Source: an uncultured bacterium (lineage in GTDB: Bacteria; Fermentibacterota; Fermentibacteria; Fermentibacterales; JCC-6). From it: DNA of 64,000 bases. The stretch covers positions 16,535 through 80,534 of the forward strand of contig CAZRXU010000001.1 of the NCBI GenBank assembly GCA_964604135.1, given 5' to 3'. Below are positions 57,679-64,000 of this stretch, one piece after another. The position numbers and the translations under genes were made by a program. Under the pieces are notes generated by a model. That model was not told where the DNA came from and did no database searches. It worked only from the letters and a program-made list of their open reading frames with translations. Numbering within the stretch: the first letter of the stretch is position 1; each line of letters opens with the position of its first letter.

Positions 57679-59367
57679 ATGATAATAGTTGCATTGATAT
57701 CCGCAATTCTCTCGGCTTCCGGTGTTGCCATCACAGAGCCTGTAGACGGTGAAACCTACAACGGTGACTGGCTTACAGTTCGGGCAATTGTAGAGAATGA
57801 TAACACACTGCCTGATTCTGTGCACTACACCCTTAACGGGGGTAACGCTGTAACAGTTCCGAGGCTGAACACAGACTGGTATACTTACATGGCAAACGAC
57901 TGCCACACTGGATATTCAGAGTCTCCAGGACCTGTGGACAGTACAATTCTGTGGACTGCGCAGGTAACAGGCAGCTACCATGAATTCCCTACGCCTGTAG
58001 TTGTAGACGGTATTGTGTACTATCCACAGGATTCCACAGGTGATTCCCTGTACGCCCTGAACGCTGCAACGGGAGAAATTATCTGGAGTTACCGAACTGG
58101 CTACACCGATGACGCTGTAACCGTAAAGAACGGATACCTCTACACTTCCAGTGATTCGCTGTGGTGCCTTGATGCACTTACCGGAGAGAGGATATGGGCC
58201 AATGGTGAGGCAACAGGAGACGCAAGCACACCGGCAGTACATGGTAACGCAGTATTCAACTGCAGCAACAATTACGCAGCGAGCAACAGCACTGTGTATT
58301 CGCTCGATACTGAAACAGGAGATGTGAACTGGACCAGAGATGTATCCGGTTACGTGGCAAGCTGTCTCACCGTCTGGAACGATATGTTGTTCATGCCTAC
58401 ATACTACGGCCCTCTGTACGCCTTCAATATCAGCAACGGAGATATTATATGGCAGAACACTGATGCGCAGAATGGTTACTGGGATTCCTCTCCTGTAATA
58501 GTTGACGGGTATCTTTACATCCTGGGTAATGACAGCAGGGCAAGGGCATTTGATCCGCTTACAGGAAACATGGTGTGGGAAACAAGTATCACACCTGGAA
58601 CATACCTTTCCGCTACTCCTGCATTCCACGATAACAGATTGTACTTTGGTGATCAGGTTGATTCCTTCCACTGCCTGGAAACTGTTGCAGGAGGTTCTGT
58701 GTGGAAAGTACCGGGAGTGTTGCATGGTTCCCCCGGGGTTGCAGACGGTATGGTGTTCTACGGAGAGGGCAGCAACTACTACGACAGAACAGCACATGTC
58801 TACGCTCTGGATTGTGAAAACGGTGAGGTTGTATGGAGTTATCTTACAAACTGCGGTCCGTTCGGTATTGTTTCCAGCCCGTCAATTGTTGATGGAATTG
58901 TGTACATTGCAGGAACAGATGGGAATATGTATGCCTTCGGTACAGGGCTTAAGTATACATACCTCGACGACCTTTACGCACAGGTGGGGGCCAATGAGCT
59001 GATAGTAACATCTTTTGCAGGCGGCACTGCCGTTGCAGCGGACACAATCAGCTTCACCGTGTCCGGTACCGGTTTCACACCGGAAACGTCCCGTGTGTTC
59101 AGCATAACAGCAGGGCCAAACCCGTTTGCAGTAAGTGCCGACATCTCGTTTGAACTGCCGAACAGTGGCTATACCAGTGTCTCAATATTTGATCTTGCCG
59201 GAAGAGAAGTGGCAACACTGCTTAACGGAGAAATGGTTCAGGGAAGCCATTCTGTAAGCTGGAACGGCAGTCTGAAGAGCGGGGAAGAGGCCGCGTCAGG
59301 TCTGTACCTCGTCCGAATTGAATCAGACGGTGTTGTTGAAACAACAGGATTGTGTCTGCTGCGGTAG
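57679..59367 (+). CDS. Secreted PQQ-like beta-propeller protein with Ig-like and FlgD/T9SS-like C-terminal domains
   Basis: Signal peptide; repeated YALxxxTGxxxW / SSP motifs; PNPF..IFDLAGR..WNG..SGLYL. Confidence 0.85.
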   Translation: MIIVALISAILSASGVAITEPVDGETYNGDWLTVRAIVENDNTLPDSVHYTLNGGNAVTVPRLNTDWYTYMANDCHTGYSESPGPVDSTILWTAQVTGSYHEFPTPVVVDGIVYYPQDSTGDSLYALNAATGEIIWSYRTGYTDDAVTVKNGYLYTSSDSLWCLDALTGERIWANGEATGDASTPAVHGNAVFNCSNNYAASNSTVYSLDTETGDVNWTRDVSGYVASCLTVWNDMLFMPTYYGPLYAFNISNGDIIWQNTDAQNGYWDSSPVIVDGYLYILGNDSRARAFDPLTGNMVWETSITPGTYLSATPAFHDNRLYFGDQVDSFHCLETVAGGSVWKVPGVLHGSPGVADGMVFYGEGSNYYDRTAHVYALDCENGEVVWSYLTNCGPFGIVSSPSIVDGIVYIAGTDGNMYAFGTGLKYTYLDDLYAQVGANELIVTSFAGGTAVAADTISFTVSGTGFTPETSRVFSITAGPNPFAVSADISFELPNSGYTSVSIFDLAGREVATLLNGEMVQGSHSVSWNGSLKSGEEAASGLYLVRIESDGVVETTGLCLLR

Positions 59368-59417
59368 AGTTCTCTATTTAGGAAAATGCCTTGAGGAAAG
59401 CCTTCAGCAACTGTGGT

Positions 59418-59459
59418 ATGTATAAAATACTTGACATGATGTAAGAAATAGCATACATT
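59418..59459 (+). promoter_or_regulatory. Promoter overlapped by two palindromic operator boxes
   Basis: ATGTATAAAATACTTGACAT (59418-59437) and ATGTAAGAAATAGCATACAT (59439-59458); TTGACA-N17-TACATT. Confidence 0.65.
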
Positions 59460-59496
59460 CTTTCTGTGTTGATAAACTCTCATTGCACAGGAGGAA

Positions 59497-59922
59497 ATGA
59501 TGCAGAACAGACACGAGAAACTTGCGGTTTTCAATCTCTCCATAATTGCAGCAGGTATCCTGCTTTTCATTCTGATATGGCAAACCATGGGAATCAGTCG
59601 AGCATACGGAGGGTTTGCTGTGTTCGCTTTCATGGCTGTTGGTCACCTGGTGTTTCTGAGGAAGAGGAAATCTCCTGAAGTTGTGGAAGATGAGCGCGAT
59701 GCATCTATCCGGATAAAGGCAAACTCTGTTGCGCTTGCCTTTATGAATACCTATTTCATCTTCGTGTCGCTTGCGGTGTACTTCACTTATTCAGACGCAG
59801 GAGTTGTTTCGGTTGATTTCTTTCCTCTGTTTGTGTACATCGGCTGGGCAGTACAGGTTTTTGCGTTTTCCGTAACAACACTTGTACAGTACAGAAGGGG
59901 AACCAGCTGTGGAACCTGCTGA
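59497..59922 (+). CDS. Membrane protein (DUF2178-like)
   Basis: Four TM helices; DERD..I..KA motif; AGGAGG RBS. Confidence 0.7.
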   Translation: MMQNRHEKLAVFNLSIIAAGILLFILIWQTMGISRAYGGFAVFAFMAVGHLVFLRKRKSPEVVEDERDASIRIKANSVALAFMNTYFIFVSLAVYFTYSDAGVVSVDFFPLFVYIGWAVQVFAFSVTTLVQYRRGTSCGTC

Positions 59923-60121
59923 GCTCAGGAATCAAATCAGGCGTTTGCGATTCGAACACGGAGAAATGACACAACAGAAACTGGCTGATCTGGTTCATGT
60001 AACCAGGCAAACGATCATCGCTCTTGAGGCGCACAGATACAACCCTTCTCTTCTGCTTGCTCTGAGAATTGCAAAGGTTTTCGGAGTATCTGTGGATGAT
60101 GTGTTCGAGTACAATGAATAA
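59909..60121 (+). CDS. XRE/Cro-type HTH transcriptional regulator
   Basis: IRRLR..MTQQKLADLVHVTRQTIIALE..YNPSLLLALRIAKVF. Confidence 0.92.
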   Translation: MEPAELRNQIRRLRFEHGEMTQQKLADLVHVTRQTIIALEAHRYNPSLLLALRIAKVFGVSVDDVFEYNE

Positions 60122-60199
60122 GAGAGCAGGTTGTAGGTACGATCTCCTTGTGTTTTGACTACAGTATAAGTATCTTCATTGTAGAAACAGGAGGAGCTG

Positions 60200-60442
60200 A
60201 TGCAAACTAGAATACAGAAGTGGGGAAACAGTCTTGCCGTGCGGATTCCAAAGGCATTTGTAAGTGAGATAAACATCTCGTACGGTACTTCTGTAGATAT
60301 CACTGTTGATAAAGGCAGAATTATTATAGATCCAAATGTCAGACACGAGTACAGGCTGGAAGACCTGCTCAGTGATGTCAGCAGGCAGAATCTTCATGCC
60401 GAGGTTGAAACAGATGATGCTGTGGGGCGGGAAAGCCTGTGA
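60200..60442 (+). CDS. mazE: MazE/AbrB-family antitoxin
   Basis: IQKWGNSLAVRIP, L.DLL..V..NLH.E. Confidence 0.92.
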   Translation: MQTRIQKWGNSLAVRIPKAFVSEINISYGTSVDITVDKGRIIIDPNVRHEYRLEDLLSDVSRQNLHAEVETDDAVGRESL

Positions 60443-60780
60443 CTGGCGGAAACTATTGTCCGAAAAGGGGAGACATTGTGTGGCTTTCCTTCAACCCGCA
60501 TGCCGGTCATGAGCAGGCGGGGAGGCGTCCTGCGCTTGTGCTTTCACTACTGTCATACAACAGGAAAGTTGGTCTGGCTCTGCACTGTCCTGTTATCAGT
60601 GAGGTAAAGGGCTATCCTTTTGAAGTGAAGATACCTTCCGGTCTTGAGGTTTCGGGCGTAGTTCTGTCTGACCAGATAAAAAGCCTCGACTGGGCAGCTC
60701 GAAAAGCAACCTTTGCCTGTACTCTGCCAGAGAAGACGATAAGAGAAGTTCTGGGGAAAGCTGGAACGCTTCTGAGGTAA
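60439..60780 (+). CDS. mazF: MazF/PemK endoribonuclease toxin
   Basis: RGDIVWLSFNP.AGHEQAGRRPALVLS, DQIKSLDW; GTGA overlap with mazE. Confidence 0.94.
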   Translation: MTGGNYCPKRGDIVWLSFNPHAGHEQAGRRPALVLSLLSYNRKVGLALHCPVISEVKGYPFEVKIPSGLEVSGVVLSDQIKSLDWAARKATFACTLPEKTIREVLGKAGTLLR

Positions 60781-60828
60781 ACAATTTCTGAAAACCACGG
60801 CAGCTTCTGCAGCCGGACTGTTAATAAG

Positions 60829-61692
60829 TTAAACAAGGAAAACCGGAATGCTAAATATCAAAGAAATCGAAGCAGCTCTATCGCCAGTTATTCTAAAACA
60901 ACAGCAAGCCTGCAGTATTCATACTCTTTTCAGTTATCAATATCCAATTGGAATAGGTGTATCAAACAAGCTACATGTTTTTCTGGAGCAATTAGGAACA
61001 TATCAGTACAAATCAACAGTTACTCTTCCGATGCAAATCCGAGAGGGCACACAAGCCGCTTTCTATATTGACGAGCTGCAAGATTGCTGTTGTGTTGTAA
61101 CTCCCAGTTGTCTGAAAGAATCGAATTTCTTCGCAACGATTCTTCATGAATTTGTCCACTGTTATCAAAACAGAACATGTGAGGATAACCTGAAGACAAA
61201 ACTGAGTATTTATCAACGCGCAAAAAGTACTCAGGATTATATGTGGGAGATAAATCATCCATTCCCGTATGAAAATCTTAGCTTCCAGAAGCTTTTACAA
61301 AGCATCACAAGATATAGTCTCGATGATACTATGGATGTACTTTCTATACTATCAGCAAAACTTGAAATCTATGACTACGAGTACATGATATGGCAACTCT
61401 GGAAAGAGGGCTTTGCTCGGTATATTGAGAATGGAATCCTTCGGATGAATGATATTGAAGAAAACAACGGTGGTTCAAATATAGAATCGCCGAATAGAAC
61501 TTCTCTTTACTTTGTTGGTGACTGGATCTGGCGACAACTGGAGGCTCGAGATAGGAATTTAATTGAGGATATTGAAAAGGCATTTTCTATCTTGAAACAC
61601 AATTATGGTTTAACAATGGCGTGAACTTATCACAGTCGCTTTGGATACCGAAGCTAATATCATAACTATGCAAGTTACGCCAGAAGTTCATG
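60829..61692 (+). mobile_element. Integron-type gene cassette with attC-like site
   Basis: G|TTAAAC at 60828 before the ORF; attC 61608-61692 with R'' GTTTAAC, arms TGGCGT(G)AACTT / AAGTTACGCCA and R' G|TTCATG. Confidence 0.7.
60848..61624 (+). CDS. Hypothetical protein with HExxH zincin-like motif (cassette cargo)
   Basis: ILHEFVHC plus downstream WKEGFARY; visibly AT-richer than flanks. Confidence 0.65.
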   Translation: MLNIKEIEAALSPVILKQQQACSIHTLFSYQYPIGIGVSNKLHVFLEQLGTYQYKSTVTLPMQIREGTQAAFYIDELQDCCCVVTPSCLKESNFFATILHEFVHCYQNRTCEDNLKTKLSIYQRAKSTQDYMWEINHPFPYENLSFQKLLQSITRYSLDDTMDVLSILSAKLEIYDYEYMIWQLWKEGFARYIENGILRMNDIEENNGGSNIESPNRTSLYFVGDWIWRQLEARDRNLIEDIEKAFSILKHNYGLTMA

Positions 61693-61709
61693 TTCCGTGG
61701 AGAGGTTGG

Positions 61710-62450
61710 ATGAAACACAAAGAGCAGTGGAAACCTGGGAAGTTTGTTTACAGGCGGGGCAGGCTGGCAGCGTCGGGGGATACAGCCGAGGTATCTGCAG
61801 CGTCACGGCTGGTTACAGATCTGATCGCAGGCTGTTATCAGGAATACCTGGGGAAGTATGCAAGTGGCAGGCTGCTTGACCTTGGCTGCGGCAAAGTTCC
61901 TCTGTACGGGGCATATAAGGGCTTCATTACAGACAATACCTGCGTAGACTGGGGAAACAGTCTGCACAGCAACCCTTTTCTCGATCACCAGTGTGACCTT
62001 ACGCAGCAGCTTCCATTTTCAGACGGGGAGTACAACACAGTAATTCTTTCAGATGTGCTTGAGCATATTCCTGAACCAGGGCACCTTATGGGGGAGATAG
62101 CTCGTGTGCTTGCCCCGGGAGGCACTCTTGTAATGAATGTACCGTTCATGTACTGGCTTCACGAAGAGCCTTATGACTTCCACAGATACACTTCTTTTGC
62201 CCTGAGAAGGATGGCAGAATTGGCAGGGCTTGAAGTGGAAGAGCTCATACCCATCGGCGGGGCACTGTGTGTATTAACAGATATCTATGCAAAATATGTC
62301 ATCCGTCTGCCGCATATTGGAAGAATTCTTGCAGTTCTGGCACAGTGGTCTACAGGAATAGTTCACAGGTCGAAGATGGGCGGTAAGTTGTTCAGAGCCA
62401 CTGCGAAGAAGTTTCCTCTCGGGTACTTCATGGTTGCCATTAAGCGTTGA
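61710..62450 (+). CDS. Class I SAM-dependent methyltransferase
   Basis: LLDLGCG, VLEHI, RVLAPGG, NVPFMYWLHEEPYDFHRYT. Confidence 0.9.
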   Translation: MKHKEQWKPGKFVYRRGRLAASGDTAEVSAASRLVTDLIAGCYQEYLGKYASGRLLDLGCGKVPLYGAYKGFITDNTCVDWGNSLHSNPFLDHQCDLTQQLPFSDGEYNTVILSDVLEHIPEPGHLMGEIARVLAPGGTLVMNVPFMYWLHEEPYDFHRYTSFALRRMAELAGLEVEELIPIGGALCVLTDIYAKYVIRLPHIGRILAVLAQWSTGIVHRSKMGGKLFRATAKKFPLGYFMVAIKR

Positions 62451-62466
62451 AATTTGCACAGAACAC

Positions 62467-62492
62467 TATAGTAGTATTATCATACCACTATA
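62467..62492. promoter_or_regulatory. Imperfect palindrome, candidate operator
   Basis: TATAGTAGTAT-TATC-ATACCACTATA (11-bp arms, 1 mismatch) upstream of the SBP gene. Confidence 0.5.
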
Positions 62493-62539
62493 CCGTAACT
62501 CTTTGTTGAAAGAAGAGCCGAACCGTGCAAAGGAAAAAA

Positions 62540-63772
62540 ATGAAACACTTCGACGGAAACACAACTCTGTGGGATATAACCAGCAGCTATCCTGAAACAA
62601 TTCCTGTTTTTGTCTCCAACGGTTTTCCCCTGATGCAGCATGAAAAACAGAGGGAAAAGTTCGCTAAATCAATAACGCTTGAAACAGCGCTTATGCTAAA
62701 GCAGCTTGACTATGAAACATTCTCTAAACTGCTTCGGGAAGCCATAGAGCAGGACGACAGCTCTGTTGATGTAACCCTTGCAAACACGGAAAGAGCTGTG
62801 AGCGGTGAGGGCCTCAGCGTGGTGGGGCTGCTGCCGTGCCCTGTAAGAATTCCCCTTCTTGAAAGATTCAACGATTTTGTAAAGAAGTATTCTTCCAGTC
62901 ACGGTGTTGCTGTTAATCACCAGCTGAAAGCCGCCTCCATGGGGCTGGAGTGGGTCGAAAACAACATCAAAGGTGTAACAGATGCCTCAGATCTGCCCGA
63001 TCTTTTCATCTCGGCGGGGTTTGACATGTTCTTTGACGAGAAAATGATCGGTAAGTTCAAGAGGCAGGGTGTGTTTAAGGATACAACAACGCTTAAGAAG
63101 TTCAGCACGCTGTTTGACGGGCTTGATCTTAAAGACCCTGCAGGCCACTACGCAATGATAGGTGTGGTGCCGGCTGTGTTTCTTGTGAACACAGATGAAC
63201 TGGACGGAAGAGAGATCCCCCGTACCTGGGAAGACATCATGAAACCGGAGTTTGAGAACAGGGTGTCGCTTCCTGTAGGTGATTTTGACCTGTTCAACGG
63301 TATACTGCTCAACATCCACAAACACTACGGGGAGCAGGGCGTTACAAAACTGGGCCGCAGTCTGCTGCAGTCTATGCATCCTTCCCAGATGGTGAAGAGT
63401 GACAGGTTGAAAACACAGAGACCTATTGTTACGATCATGCCATATTTCTTCACGAAGGTTGTGAAGGAAGGAGGCCCCATGGTTGCTGTGTGGCCTGAAG
63501 ACGGAGCCATAATAAGCCCTATCTTCATGCTGGCAAAAAAGCAGAAGATAGAAACACTTCAGCCGGTGGTTGACTTCTTCGCGTCGGTTGAGGTTGGAAA
63601 GATTCTGTCACACAGCGGGTTGTTTCCAAGTGTGCATCCGGATCTTGATAACCATATATCACCGGATAACAAATTCATGTGGCTGGGTTGGGACTACATC
63701 TACAGCAACGACATAAGCGCTCTTATTGTGAAGTGCGAGGCACTGTTCAACGAAGCGACGGGAAAATCATGA
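62540..63772 (+). CDS. ABC-type substrate-binding-fold protein with N-terminal DUF1858-like domain
   Basis: YPETIPVFVSNGF N-domain; GLLPCPVR, P.TW.D, WPEDGA..SP; no signal peptide. Confidence 0.75.
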   Translation: MKHFDGNTTLWDITSSYPETIPVFVSNGFPLMQHEKQREKFAKSITLETALMLKQLDYETFSKLLREAIEQDDSSVDVTLANTERAVSGEGLSVVGLLPCPVRIPLLERFNDFVKKYSSSHGVAVNHQLKAASMGLEWVENNIKGVTDASDLPDLFISAGFDMFFDEKMIGKFKRQGVFKDTTTLKKFSTLFDGLDLKDPAGHYAMIGVVPAVFLVNTDELDGREIPRTWEDIMKPEFENRVSLPVGDFDLFNGILLNIHKHYGEQGVTKLGRSLLQSMHPSQMVKSDRLKTQRPIVTIMPYFFTKVVKEGGPMVAVWPEDGAIISPIFMLAKKQKIETLQPVVDFFASVEVGKILSHSGLFPSVHPDLDNHISPDNKFMWLGWDYIYSNDISALIVKCEALFNEATGKS

Positions 63773-64000
63773 ACCTTGTAACAGTTTCCGGGCCGCCTTC
63801 ATCAGGCAAAACTTCAGTGATTCTGAAAACCATCGATTCACTGAAGAAGAGAGGCCTGAAGGTGGCGGTGGCAAAGTTTGACTGCCTGTACACAGACGAT
63901 GATGTACTGTACGAAAAGGCAGGTATTCCCGTTAAGAAAGGTCTTTCAGGTGCCTTGTGCCCGGACCACTACTTTGTAAGCAACGTTGAAGAGATCACAA
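63769..64000 (+). CDS. HypB/UreG/CobW-family GTPase (truncated by window end)
   Basis: SGPPSSGKT, KFDCL, GLSG.LCPDH; ATGA overlap with the SBP gene. Confidence 0.8.
   Translation, partial: MNLVTVSGPPSSGKTSVILKTIDSLKKRGLKVAVAKFDCLYTDDDVLYEKAGIPVKKGLSGALCPDHYFVSNVEEIT

Noticed and set aside
60200-60780. mazEF as an integron cassette
   Set aside because: No RYYYAAC or attC-like palindrome after mazF and no GTTRRRY before mazE.

Overview
Bacterial chromosomal segment from a lipid A-producing diderm. Secreted proteins with FlgD/T9SS-like C-terminal domains suggest the FCB group, possibly Fermentibacterota-like (inference only). The backbone is mostly + strand housekeeping and envelope genes: ptsI, glycosyltransferases, tatA, two MglA-type GTPases, topA-xerC-hslVU, two GT-C membrane enzymes, dapF, tRNA-Gly(CCC), tagD with four TagF-like transferases, lpxL-like, polA, ddl, gnnA-like/lpxB/DUF374-waaA/lpxK, nadB and mazEF. 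The standout is a ~5 kb accessory block (23.6-28.6 kb) inserted into the glycerophosphate/LPS cluster. On the - strand it encodes an 18-aa small ORF, a signal-less astacin metalloprotease fused to two tandem-repeat tails (Cys-x-x-A/G-Pro units and 7x YAPPAPM[G/D]YG), a 13-bp stem-loop, an RRE(PqqD)-radical SAM-SPASM enzyme and a signal-less YbaY-like protein. This looks like a RiPP-type system whose multi-core precursor is fused to its own protease. Other notable items are a solitary integron-type gene cassette with an attC-like site (60.8-61.7 kb) and a 2x[4Fe-4S] ferredoxin carrying a signal-like N-terminus and a T9SS-like C-terminal domain. All family assignments come from motif recognition by eye, not database searches.
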